Shown: positions 8,427 to 17,574 of the stretch, piece by piece
How the letters are laid out: every line of letters begins with the position of its first letter
Numbering within the stretch: the stretch's first letter is position 1
Assembly (NCBI GenBank): GCA_031554075.1
Contig: JAVBKJ010000110.1
Location: 1-36,082, forward strand
Source of the DNA: Oscillospiraceae bacterium
GTDB lineage: Bacteria; Bacillota; Clostridia; Oscillospirales; UBA929
Length of the DNA: 36,082 nucleotides
Direction of reading: 5' to 3'
The notes under the pieces: generated by a model
What the model saw: the letters and a program-made list of their open reading frames with translations, nothing else
What the model was told of the DNA's origin: nothing
Databases searched by the model: none
Program-made: the position numbers and the translations under genes

Positions 8427-9614
8427 ATGGACAAACTAAAACACTGGTGGAAGTACGCTATTCCTTTTGCACTTGGTGTGCTTGTGTTCGCATTTATCAC
8501 GCAGTATGACCAAACGATACACATGTTAAATTCCATCTTAGGCGGTATCGTGTTTATTTTGGGTCGCTTTGCGATTGGGTTTGGCATGGCATACTTTTTG
8601 AACTTTCCCATGCGGTTTATGGAGCGTCGTCTTAAATTTAGACGTTGGCTCAGCTTTTCGCTCACCTACTTACTGTTAGCAGGTATCCTCGTACTGATGT
8701 GGTTTGTCGTTGTGCCTGCGCTCGTGGACAGTGCCCAGCAAATACGCGGCTTGCTACCCAAGTATTATCTTAACGCACAAAAACTGGTGGACGACTACTT
8801 CTCGACACTGACAGAAGCAAACCAAGTAACCTTACGTAATTTTATCAGTCAAGCGTCAATCACCATTACAAATTACGCGACAGACTTGCTAAAGGTCAGC
8901 TATGTCAGCCAATTCCTAGAAGATTTCTTGCGTAGCTTCACCAATATTGCCTTTGGTACGCTAATTTCCATGTATGCTCTTTGGACAAAGGAAAAAATCG
9001 TGCTTACCATCAAACAGTTGCTGTACGCCCTATTCCCCACCCATGTGGGCGACACCACGTTACGCATTTCCAGAGAAGCACACAAAAACTTTTCACAATA
9101 TATCGTCGGTATGGTGTGGGTTTCTGTTTGTGTGGCTATCCTTAGTTTTATAGTGTTTATTATTTTCCGCATACCGATTGCGCCGTTTTTATCCGTTGTC
9201 GCGCTCGTGTGCAATATGATACCCTATTTTGGTCCCTTTATGTCTGGTGTGATCACAGGGGTTGTGCTGCTTGTCTTTGGTCCTATGTATGCGCTGATTG
9301 GCGTTCTCATCGTCATTGTCATTCAGTGTATTGACGGTGCTATCATCAGCCCCAAAATTTTAGGCGATTCCGTGGGGATCAGCCCCCTATTAACGCTAAT
9401 TTCCATTACCGTGGCAGGCGACCTCTTTGGCTTATTGGGTATCTTTCTCGCTGTCCCTGTTGTCGGCACACTAAAGCATGTGGTGTTTGATAAGTTTATC
9501 AATGCGCGCCTTTCCTCACACGGGCTTGACCTCGTTGCTCCCGACGCACACCCTGCGCCCCCCATGCCCACATCGCCTCGTAGTAACGACAAGGGGGACC
9601 CCCCTGTTGCCTAA
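8427..9614 (+). CDS. AI-2E family transporter (PerM/UPF0118)
   Basis: Polytopic membrane protein with the C-terminal GLLGIFLAVPVVGTLKHVV motif typical of the family. I chose the start at MDKLKHW (8427) because GAAGGAGA lies upstream. The track start is 8340. Confidence 0.8.
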   Translation: MDKLKHWWKYAIPFALGVLVFAFITQYDQTIHMLNSILGGIVFILGRFAIGFGMAYFLNFPMRFMERRLKFRRWLSFSLTYLLLAGILVLMWFVVVPALVDSAQQIRGLLPKYYLNAQKLVDDYFSTLTEANQVTLRNFISQASITITNYATDLLKVSYVSQFLEDFLRSFTNIAFGTLISMYALWTKEKIVLTIKQLLYALFPTHVGDTTLRISREAHKNFSQYIVGMVWVSVCVAILSFIVFIIFRIPIAPFLSVVALVCNMIPYFGPFMSGVITGVVLLVFGPMYALIGVLIVIVIQCIDGAIISPKILGDSVGISPLLTLISITVAGDLFGLLGIFLAVPVVGTLKHVVFDKFINARLSSHGLDLVAPDAHPAPPMPTSPRSNDKGDPPVA

Positions 9615-9640
9615 ACAGGCATCTTGTTTTCGATTGTCTA

Positions 9641-9719
9641 TAAAAAAGGACCGCTCTAACGAGCGGTCAAATGTTATGGAAGCCATGCCCCCTTGCGGAG
9701 GGAGTAACCAAATATTACC
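9641..9719 (-). ncRNA. candidate small RNA (~80 nt), antisense-oriented between two plus-strand genes
   Basis: On the minus strand: an extended -10 TGTACAAT at 9733..9726; a 5-bp hairpin CCUCC-GCAA-GGGGG whose U.G wobble is valid only on the minus strand; then an 8-bp GC-rich hairpin pairing 9668..9661 with 9656..9649, followed by CUUUUUU. Confidence 0.35.
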
Positions 9720-9778
9720 ATTTTTATTGTACAAAATGAGTCGAATATTGACACCCAAAAAGATAAGGAGGCACTTTC

Positions 9779-10675
9779 ATGGATATTATTATTGTCGGCG
9801 GCGGTCCTGCTGGGTTTGCGGCTGCCATTTATGCGCGGCGCGCTGGTCTATCTGTTACCTTACTGGAAAGACTGTCCGCAGGCGGTCAGATGGCAACCAC
9901 ACCTGATATCGAAAACTACCCAGGCATCCCGCGTACAGCAGGCTACGAACTGGCGTTTGCGATGGAAAATCAAGCGCGTGAACTGGGCACAGAGATACAA
10001 TACACCGACGTTACAAAATTAACCATAGGGTCGCCGCATGAAGTACAAACCGCTGGCAAACTGCTTACCTGCCGCGCCCTCATATTAGCCATGGGCGCGA
10101 CCAGACGCACCTTGGGCTGTGCAGGGGAAGCCGCCTTCACAGGGCGCGGCGTTTCCTACTGCGCCACCTGTGATGGCTCATTTTTTAAGGGGCAAACGGT
10201 CGCCGTTGTCGGCGGTGGCAACACAGCACTAGAAGATGCCCTCTACATGGCAGGGCTTGGCTGTGAAGTGTACGTAATTCACAGGCGCACAGGCTTTCGC
10301 GGCAATGCTATCTTAGAAGAGCGCGTCCATCGTGAGCCGCGCATTAAGCTCCTATTAGAACAAACCGTGACGGCTATCGAGGGCAACCAAAAGGTCGAAC
10401 GCATTGTGCTGACACATGCCCAAACCCGAGAAACGACTTCTATCCCTGTGGCTGGCGTTTTTATTGCCGTGGGTGTTCTGCCGCAAACTGAGCTAGTGCG
10501 CGACATCCTCCCCCTCACCGCCTCTGGTCATGTCGCCGCTGACGAAACCTGCCACACCCCTTTTGCAGGCGTCTTTGTCGCTGGCGATTTGCGCCAAAAA
10601 CCATTGTATCAAATTGTCACCGCCTGTTCGGATGGCGCGGTGGCCGCGAGTGCTGCAGCGCACTTTTTGCAGTAG
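9779..10675 (+). CDS. trxB: thioredoxin-disulfide reductase
   Basis: GGGPAG FAD motif, CATCDG redox centre, GGGNTALEDA and HRR NADPH motifs. AAGGAGG lies upstream. Confidence 0.95.
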   Translation: MDIIIVGGGPAGFAAAIYARRAGLSVTLLERLSAGGQMATTPDIENYPGIPRTAGYELAFAMENQARELGTEIQYTDVTKLTIGSPHEVQTAGKLLTCRALILAMGATRRTLGCAGEAAFTGRGVSYCATCDGSFFKGQTVAVVGGGNTALEDALYMAGLGCEVYVIHRRTGFRGNAILEERVHREPRIKLLLEQTVTAIEGNQKVERIVLTHAQTRETTSIPVAGVFIAVGVLPQTELVRDILPLTASGHVAADETCHTPFAGVFVAGDLRQKPLYQIVTACSDGAVAASAAAHFLQ

Positions 10676-10683
10676 GTGACGAT

Positions 10684-11808
10684 ATGGTATTATATAATGC
10701 GCAACTCTACACGATGTCAGATGGCATACTGTCAGACGGCTGGGTTCGGTTTGAAAATGGGCTCATTGTCGCCTTGGGCGAGGCAAACACCGCGCCAACA
10801 CCGACAGCAGACGATATAGATTGTCAAGGGCAGCCCGTTACCCCAGGGCTTGTGGATGCCCACTGCCATATTGGCATGATGGGGGATAGCCTCGGCTTTG
10901 AGGCGACAGACGATGCCAACGAATGGGGTGACCCTGTGTCGCCACATGTGCGCGCGCTCGACGCGATTAATCCGATGGACAGAACGTTTGAGGACGCGGT
11001 GCGCGGCGGTGTGACCACTGTGTGCGTCGGTCCTGGCAGTGGCAATCCCATAGGGGGACAGGTGTCTGTGCTTAAAACCGTTGGCAACCAAGTAGACAGT
11101 ATGCTACTTTTACCAACAGCGGCCATCAAGATTGCGTTCGGTGAAAATCCACGTCTGCATGGCAAAAAAGGTCACGCCCCCTACACCCGTATGGCGGCGG
11201 CGGCGATGATTCGTGAAGCATTATTGACAGCGCAAGACTACCAACAGCACCATGAACACTTCAATATGAAATCAGAAGCGCTGTTGCCTGTCCTTGCAAA
11301 GCGGATGCCCTTTCATGCCCACTGTCACCGTGCTTCCGATATTTTTACCGCGTTACGCATAGCGCAAGAGTTTGCGGTTGACATCGTCCTCGTACACGCC
11401 ACCGAGGCTCACCTGATTGCGTCGGCACTCGCGGCGGCGAATGTCCCCATCATTACAGGTCCTTCGATGCTCACCCGCGCCAAGCCCGAGCTAACGAATA
11501 TTAGCTTTCAAACCCCTGTTACCCTCTCTCAACACGGCTTGCGTCCTAGTATTTGCACTGACGCGCCCGAAACCTCAATTGATTATTTACCGCTTTGTGC
11601 CGCGCTGGCGGTCAAGGCTGGCATGTCCCCCTATGAGGCGCTCCGCGCCATCACATGGTATCCTGCCACCACATTGGGGGTTGGGCATCGTGTGGGGGCT
11701 TTGCGCCCCGGCATGGAGGCTGATATCGTATTATGGACAGAACACCCCTTGTTGCTCGACAGTCGTCCCCAAACGGTTTGGTCGTCTGGGACGCGTGTAT
11801 TTTCGTAA
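10684..11808 (+). CDS. metal-dependent amidohydrolase family protein
   Basis: PGLVDAHCHIG metal-binding motif near the N-terminus, plus later His/Asp ligand regions. It starts 9 nt after trxB, so co-transcription is likely. Confidence 0.8.
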   Translation: MVLYNAQLYTMSDGILSDGWVRFENGLIVALGEANTAPTPTADDIDCQGQPVTPGLVDAHCHIGMMGDSLGFEATDDANEWGDPVSPHVRALDAINPMDRTFEDAVRGGVTTVCVGPGSGNPIGGQVSVLKTVGNQVDSMLLLPTAAIKIAFGENPRLHGKKGHAPYTRMAAAAMIREALLTAQDYQQHHEHFNMKSEALLPVLAKRMPFHAHCHRASDIFTALRIAQEFAVDIVLVHATEAHLIASALAAANVPIITGPSMLTRAKPELTNISFQTPVTLSQHGLRPSICTDAPETSIDYLPLCAALAVKAGMSPYEALRAITWYPATTLGVGHRVGALRPGMEADIVLWTEHPLLLDSRPQTVWSSGTRVFS

Positions 11809-11849
11809 TGCCATGTTTTTAATATACGATACGGTCCTTTAGGAGGTAC

Positions 11850-14303
11850 TTGGGATTGAAGGTTAGAGAGAAAATTCTACTTATGTTGGTCGCATTTGCC
11901 ATTATCCCGACAGTGTTTATTATTGGTGTGCATCTGCCGTCAGATAGCAAGACAATCGAAAACCTGCAAATCAACCGTATGACAGCGGTGATGCGCACCT
12001 CTGCCGCCGCCTTTTCCGAAATTATGGGGCTTCGCAAAGAGGAGTTCGGCCTGGTATCTGCTAACTGGAGCGTGCGCGACTATGTCGAAGCAAAAGGGCG
12101 CTCTGGTCCTCGTCACGCTGAGACAATCGAGGCATTAAAGGGTGTCAAAACCTATTTTAATACCTATGTGAGTACGATACGCACGTTTGACGACTTATTA
12201 TTTTTAGATGAAAACGGTGTCGTTGTGGCGGGTGTGCATCCCGAAACCATCGGGATGGATTTGTCGGAAAGCGATTATTTTACACGTGCGTTTGAACCTG
12301 CCTATGCCAACAAAGTCTTTAGCAGTACCGTACATGAACCCTTGGCAAGCGAGGCAAACCCCGACGAACGATACCTTGCGCTTAGTTCCGTTTTGTATAG
12401 CGCAGATGGGGAAGTGGCTGGAGTACTCGTCGCCTATCTCAGCACCAGTATCATTGCGGAATTTTCGCGCAATATCCATTTTGGCGAAACTGGCATTGCT
12501 TTTGTGACAGATTCGCGCAATTATATTCTCTTTCACCCCGAGCCACGTTTCTTTAATGCCTATACCGCTGCCCCAAAGCTAACCACTCTTTTTCAGAAGT
12601 GGCGGCAAGGGTCTGGCGATGGCACCGGTCTCATTGATGATCGGCTAGGTAGTCAACGTTTTATTATGTATTATCAAATCATGCCAGATTGTGAACTGAT
12701 GTTGGTGCTACGGCAGGATTACGAGGAATTTGTTGCCGACCGCAATGCCATGGCTCAATCCGCACTTATCGCCATAGGCGTTGCCACCGTACTTGCCTGC
12801 CTTGTTGGTTTCTTCTTTGCCAAAAGTTTTATGCGTCCTGTGCAACAATTACATAAGGCGTTTACCTCGGGCAGGCAAGAGGGATCCTATGTGGAGTGTC
12901 ATTTGACGCGTGATGATGAATTTGGAGAACTTGCGCGCTGTTACAACGATATGATCTCCAAGCTTTCGCTACAGCACCAGCTGACAGAACAGGAAAAAGA
13001 CAAGAACATATTTATGGCAACCCACGACAGGGTGACAGGTCTGCCCAACCGTGTTTCCTTTGAAAAGAATTTACAAACGATGCTAACAGCGGATGTACAG
13101 GGTGCTGTCTTTTATGCGGATATCGACAACATGAAGCAGGTAAACGAAGTGTATGGTCATCCCGCAGGAGATGCTGTGCTGTGCGAGGTGGCAAAACGCA
13201 TGAAAGCCCTCGGGTTTGATGAATGCGCGCGTGTTGGCGGTGATGAGTTTGTCCTCATTCTTAAAGGGAACGCCACAGATATTTCCCAAATGTCGCAACG
13301 CTTTTTGGAGTCGATGCTTACCCCCTTTGAGCTGGCCGACCTAACCCTACAGGTCAGTATTAGTGCGGGCATTGCTGCCTTTCCCGAACACGGACAGTCG
13401 CCCGATGCGCTCATAACCAACTCTGATATGGCGATGCACGTAGCCAAAGCCAATGGCAAAAAGCAAATTTCCTTCTTTAATGAGGCAATGCGAAGTCGTG
13501 TTTCTCGTCAAAATGCCGTCATGCGCATACTACGCGACAGTTTTGATAACAGCGAAGCGTTCTTAATGTATCAACCCATCTTTAAGCCGTCTGACAAGAG
13601 TATCGTCGGGTTTGAGGCGCTCATGCGTATTAAAAGTACGCAAGTGGGGTTAATTAGTCCCACCGAATTTATCCCTGTAGCCGAAAGTGATATATCTGTC
13701 ATTTTGCAGTTAGGCGAGTGGTGTATCCGCACGGCGTTGCAGTTTATGTCACGTTTACAACGTGAAGCGAATTTTACAGGTTACATTGCGGTGAATATCT
13801 CACTGGCGCAAATTCGTCATCCAGATTTCGTTCAGTCTGTGCTGGCGCTGTTGGCAAATGAGGGCATTGCGCCGCGCCAATTACAGCTTGAAATCACCGA
13901 AACAATTGTGTTAGGCTGCGTGGAAGACCTCAAAGAGCAACTTGCGGCACTACGGCAAGCAGGCGTTCGCATCGCGCTCGACGACTTTGGCACGCAATCC
14001 TCGTCACTGTACTACTTAATCCATATCCCCTTGGACGTTGTCAAGGTAGACCCCGCTTTCTTTAAGAATATACATAATGATAGGCGCATTGCCATCATCA
14101 ATCGCACGGTGGTCGATTTGGCGCATAGCTTTGGCATTACCATTGCGGCAGAGGGCGTAGAGAGACAGTTAGAATACGAAGAGCTGACCCCCTTGGGCTT
14201 TGACGAAATGCAAGGATTCTATTGTTACCGCCCTGTCATGGCGGACGGCGCCGTGCAAACGCTTAAAGCACTCGAACAGCAAACGAATCCGTCCCCAACA
14301 TAA
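11850..14303 (+). CDS. Cache-like sensor / HAMP / GGDEF / EAL protein (diguanylate cyclase-phosphodiesterase)
   Basis: RVGGDEF; EALMRI, QLEITE, DDFGT and EGVE motifs; TM-flanked periplasmic domain. AGGAGG at 11841-11846 precedes a TTG start at 11850. The TTG at 11856 has better spacing. Confidence 0.9.
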   Translation: MGLKVREKILLMLVAFAIIPTVFIIGVHLPSDSKTIENLQINRMTAVMRTSAAAFSEIMGLRKEEFGLVSANWSVRDYVEAKGRSGPRHAETIEALKGVKTYFNTYVSTIRTFDDLLFLDENGVVVAGVHPETIGMDLSESDYFTRAFEPAYANKVFSSTVHEPLASEANPDERYLALSSVLYSADGEVAGVLVAYLSTSIIAEFSRNIHFGETGIAFVTDSRNYILFHPEPRFFNAYTAAPKLTTLFQKWRQGSGDGTGLIDDRLGSQRFIMYYQIMPDCELMLVLRQDYEEFVADRNAMAQSALIAIGVATVLACLVGFFFAKSFMRPVQQLHKAFTSGRQEGSYVECHLTRDDEFGELARCYNDMISKLSLQHQLTEQEKDKNIFMATHDRVTGLPNRVSFEKNLQTMLTADVQGAVFYADIDNMKQVNEVYGHPAGDAVLCEVAKRMKALGFDECARVGGDEFVLILKGNATDISQMSQRFLESMLTPFELADLTLQVSISAGIAAFPEHGQSPDALITNSDMAMHVAKANGKKQISFFNEAMRSRVSRQNAVMRILRDSFDNSEAFLMYQPIFKPSDKSIVGFEALMRIKSTQVGLISPTEFIPVAESDISVILQLGEWCIRTALQFMSRLQREANFTGYIAVNISLAQIRHPDFVQSVLALLANEGIAPRQLQLEITETIVLGCVEDLKEQLAALRQAGVRIALDDFGTQSSSLYYLIHIPLDVVKVDPAFFKNIHNDRRIAIINRTVVDLAHSFGITIAAEGVERQLEYEELTPLGFDEMQGFYCYRPVMADGAVQTLKALEQQTNPSPT

Positions 14304-14307
14304 CAAC

Positions 14308-14351
14308 AAAAAGGGAGTGGTAGACCAAACGGCTTACCACTCCCTTTTTTG
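14308..14351. terminator. bidirectional terminator between the GGDEF-EAL gene and the hemerythrin gene
   Basis: A 12-bp stem pairs AAGGGAGTGGTA with TACCACTCCCTT. An A-run lies on one side and a T-run on the other. Confidence 0.85.
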
Positions 14352-14377
14352 TTTGAGAAGCATAGATTTCAAACTAG

Positions 14378-14776
14378 TTATTTGCCCTTCAAAAACTCGC
14401 CAACTTTTTTATCTTCGATTGTAATATGTTTAATCAGCCAGTCTATCAACACCTTGTTAATCTGCGCGGTTAACGCAATGCTCGGTCCCGTTGCCTTATA
14501 TTCTGCCTCAAGCTTGGTAATATTATTAATAAATAGTGTGTGCAGTTGCTTGTGGGCGGCGGCGGTGGGATAGCCGTGCTTGGCTTGTAACTGTTCTTCG
14601 TCTCTGAAATGCTCTTTGGTGTATTCTACCACAAAATGCAGTGTCTCGCCGACGCGGGCGCGCCCCTGCCCCTTTGTACATGCTTCCATCAAATCATCAA
14701 TTGCCAGTACCAGTTTTTTGTGCTGTGTGTCAATTTTGTCGTTCCCGACAAGTAGTGAATCTCTCCAATACGTCAT
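14378..14776 (-). CDS. bacteriohemerythrin (hemerythrin-like metal-binding protein)
   Basis: W-x-D-x-L-x-VGNDKIDTQHKKL, HFRDEE, HKQLH and DWLIKHI carry the His/Glu/Asp ligands. Confidence 0.9.
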   Translation of the reverse strand: MTYWRDSLLVGNDKIDTQHKKLVLAIDDLMEACTKGQGRARVGETLHFVVEYTKEHFRDEEQLQAKHGYPTAAAHKQLHTLFINNITKLEAEYKATGPSIALTAQINKVLIDWLIKHITIEDKKVGEFLKGK

Positions 14777-14956
14777 ATGTAATACCCCCTTTAATGATAT
14801 TGTACCACAACATTACCATCAGCAACTAGCATAACATTACGGTATTTTAGCAAAAAGTTGTACACATTCTTGACATTTGTTGCAAATATTGTAAATTACC
14901 CACAACCACTGCCACCAACACAATCGTTTCAGAACCACAAAACCGCACTGCCTGTT

Positions 14957-15715
14957 TTACAATTTAGCCAGCGCCAGCCCAACAGGGCAGTGGTCACTGC
15001 CGTAAATATCTGCATGAATGGTTGCGTCCTTCACTTGAGGCATCAGCCGTTCTGACACTAAAAAGTAGTCAATCCGCCAACCGACATTTTTCTCACGCAC
15101 GCCCGGCATGTACGACCACCATGTATAGGCATCGTGTCTGTCTGGATACAGCACGCGAAAGGTATCCGAAAAGCCAGAGGACAACAGTTCGGTCATTTTT
15201 GAGCGCTCCTCATCTGTAAACCCTGCATTACGGCGGTTGGATTTCGCATTCTTAATGTCAACTTCTTGATGGGCTACATTCAAATCGCCACATACGATAA
15301 CAGGCTTGCGGCTGTCTAGGTCTTGTAGATAGCCCTTAAATGCTTCTTCCCATGTCATTCGATAGGACAGACGCGCCAACTCTCGTTGGGAATTGGGGGT
15401 ATACACACAGACAAAATAGAACTCCTCAAACGCCAGCGTAATAACGCGCCCCTCTTTGTCATGTTCCTCTACGCCTATGCCATACTGAACCGATAGCGGC
15501 GCTTCTTTTGTAAAGACGGCTGTACCCGAGTAACCGCGCTTTTGCGCGCTATTCCAGTACTCATGATACCCCGCTAGATCAAAGGAGGCTTGTCCCTGCT
15601 CCATTTTGGTTTCCTGCAAGCAAAAGATATCGGCGTCCATATCTTTGAATATAGTTTCAAACCCCTTGCCTAAGCTGGCGCGCAGTCCATTCACATTCCA
15701 CGATACAAGTTTCAT
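14957..15715 (-). CDS. xth: exodeoxyribonuclease III
   Basis: MKLVSWNVNGLRA, CLQETK, GDLNVAH and SDHCPV motifs. Confidence 0.95.
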   Translation of the reverse strand: MKLVSWNVNGLRASLGKGFETIFKDMDADIFCLQETKMEQGQASFDLAGYHEYWNSAQKRGYSGTAVFTKEAPLSVQYGIGVEEHDKEGRVITLAFEEFYFVCVYTPNSQRELARLSYRMTWEEAFKGYLQDLDSRKPVIVCGDLNVAHQEVDIKNAKSNRRNAGFTDEERSKMTELLSSGFSDTFRVLYPDRHDAYTWWSYMPGVREKNVGWRIDYFLVSERLMPQVKDATIHADIYGSDHCPVGLALAKL

Positions 15716-15807
15716 AGTAAACCCTCATAACCACTTTTCATGTTTTTTTCTTAGGATACAGCCAGCGTTACCCCTTGTCTGTAGTATGCTTGATTTGCTT
15801 TTAGGTA

Positions 15808-15849
15808 TACGTACAAACAAGCCCCAAGACGTTACCGCCTTGGAGCTTG
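15808..15849 (-). terminator. intrinsic terminator of the opp operon
   Basis: An 11-bp stem (15818-15828 / 15839-15849) has a single U.G wobble that is valid only on the minus strand. On that strand it is followed by UUUGUUUGU. Confidence 0.7.
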
Positions 15850-15862
15850 GTCTCAAAACTGG

Positions 15863-17521
15863 TTAGGGAACAATGTAGCCAGCGTCTTTTAGAATTTGTT
15901 TTGCTTCTGCCATGTCAGCAACAGGATCGCCAGAGCCGAAGTAGTTACCACCGTTAGTACGGAAGTCGCCGCCGTCAGCATCAACAAAGCCGCCTGGAAC
16001 AAACGCGTAGGCAGGTTGTGCATTGTTCTTGACAACGTCGATAACGTCTTGACGGTCAATCGCTAGTGCCAATGCCTTACGAATGGCTGGGTCTTGCATA
16101 GCTGGATCTTCCATGTTAACGGAAGCATAGTAGACACCTAAAGAGGAGTCGATTTCAAAGAAACCAGCAGTTTTCATACGGTCTGTTTCTTCAGATGGGA
16201 AGGTTTCGCAGATATCAATTTCGCCAGTCTCAAACGCAGCCAAGGCAGCAGCATCGTCGTCTGTCAGCCAATTGATAACTTTTGGGCAAAGTACGTTTGC
16301 AGCATCCCAGTATTGGTCATTTTTCTCAAGCACCATCTTGTCTTGTGCGGTGTAAGAGGTAATTTTATAAGCACCATTAACAATATAGGTTTCTGCTTTG
16401 TTCGCCCAGCCTTCGTTAGCGACAATGTCCTCACGTACTGGGTAGTATGTTGGGAAAGCAACCATTTCGGTGAAGTAAGCGCAAGGACCAGCTAGGACGA
16501 TTTCTAGGGTTTTGTCGTCAATAGCCTTAACGCCAAGGGTTTCAGGAGCGGCTGTGCCAGCGATAATCTCAGAAGCACCCTTGATGTATTCCATTTGGTA
16601 CGCATATTCAGCACCAGTAAGTGGGTTGACTGCGCGCTTCATAGCAAATTCAAAGTTTTGAGCTGTTACTGGCTTGCCATCAGACCACTTTGTATCACGC
16701 AGATGGAATGTCCATGTAAGACCATCAGCAGAGATATCCCAGCTTTCGGCAACGGCAGGGACAATTTTACCATCTTTATCACGGCGAGTTAAACCGTCAA
16801 AGCACTGTTGGATGACAGAAGCACCATCAGTTGCGTTGTTTAGCGCGGGGTCAAGAGACTTAGGGGTAGCACCCAATTGATAGTTAATGGGCGTGCCATC
16901 AGCCTTGGAGGCCCACTTGAAGTTCAAGTGATTAATCAGCGCATCATGGGTAGCACCTGTCACTTTGTGGTTGTTTAGGCGCAAATCTGTGTAGTAGTAA
17001 ATTGGCAACACAGCAAAGGATTCGACTAACAACTTTTCAGCATCGTGCATTGCTTGCATACGAACAGCAACGTCGTTGGAAGCCTTAGCGGTTTTGATTA
17101 GTGCGTCAAATTCTTCATTCTTGTAGTTAGGGTCATTTTGTGCAGAGTAGGATAGGAATAAATCCAAGAAGGTCATTGGGTCGATGTAGTCGCCCAACCA
17201 GCCGTGACGAGACACCATGTAGTTGCCTTCGGTACGTGAAGTTTGGAACACAGCCCACTCTTGGTTTTCAATGGTGACATTGAAGCCAAGCTCACCCCAG
17301 TAAGCTTGTAGTAACTCAGCAATTTGCTGATGTCCTGCGTTTGTGTTAAAGATGTACTTGATTTCTGGTAGTGGCTTAGGTTCAGCAGTTGCTGGTGTAG
17401 CTTCCACTGCTGGGGTAGCGTCACCAGTTGGGGACGCTTCGGGCGCTGCGGCAGGCGCACAGGCAGCCATAACACCCATTAGCATCAAAGCAGCTAACAG
17501 AATTGAGAATGTCTTTTTCAT
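15863..17521 (-). CDS. oppA: peptide ABC transporter substrate-binding lipoprotein (family 5 / OppA-type), circularly permuted
   Basis: Signal peptide with a VMAAC lipobox, then an Ala/Pro/Thr linker. The motifs NTNAGHQQIAE..W..LGFNVTIENQEW, GWLGDYIDPMTFLDLF and LPIYYYTD come BEFORE INYQLGATPKSLDP, FDGLTRRDKDGKIVPAVAESW and WSDGKPVTAQNFEF. Confidence 0.85.
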   Translation of the reverse strand: MKKTFSILLAALMLMGVMAACAPAAAPEASPTGDATPAVEATPATAEPKPLPEIKYIFNTNAGHQQIAELLQAYWGELGFNVTIENQEWAVFQTSRTEGNYMVSRHGWLGDYIDPMTFLDLFLSYSAQNDPNYKNEEFDALIKTAKASNDVAVRMQAMHDAEKLLVESFAVLPIYYYTDLRLNNHKVTGATHDALINHLNFKWASKADGTPINYQLGATPKSLDPALNNATDGASVIQQCFDGLTRRDKDGKIVPAVAESWDISADGLTWTFHLRDTKWSDGKPVTAQNFEFAMKRAVNPLTGAEYAYQMEYIKGASEIIAGTAAPETLGVKAIDDKTLEIVLAGPCAYFTEMVAFPTYYPVREDIVANEGWANKAETYIVNGAYKITSYTAQDKMVLEKNDQYWDAANVLCPKVINWLTDDDAAALAAFETGEIDICETFPSEETDRMKTAGFFEIDSSLGVYYASVNMEDPAMQDPAIRKALALAIDRQDVIDVVKNNAQPAYAFVPGGFVDADGGDFRTNGGNYFGSGDPVADMAEAKQILKDAGYIVP

Positions 17522-17574
17522 GTATGTTCCTCCAAAAAAATATTTATCAAAAGGCAGGCAGCCTTAAGAACAAG

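Noticed and set aside
9603-9632. Weak 6-bp hairpin (CCTGTT/AACAGG) overlapping the AI-2E stop codon, followed by CTTGTTTT
   Set aside because: It may be the plus-strand terminator of the transporter gene. The stem is short and AT-rich, so I cannot call it with confidence.
9516-9758. 80-aa minus-strand ORF in the AI-2E/trxB gap
   Set aside because: It reads straight through a strong terminator hairpin and into the end of the AI-2E gene. It has no SD. The non-coding sRNA interpretation is preferred.
17551-17566. 5-bp hairpin AAGGC..GCCTT between oppF and oppA
   Set aside because: It could be an attenuator that sets the oppA:oppBCDF ratio. The stem is too short to support a claim.
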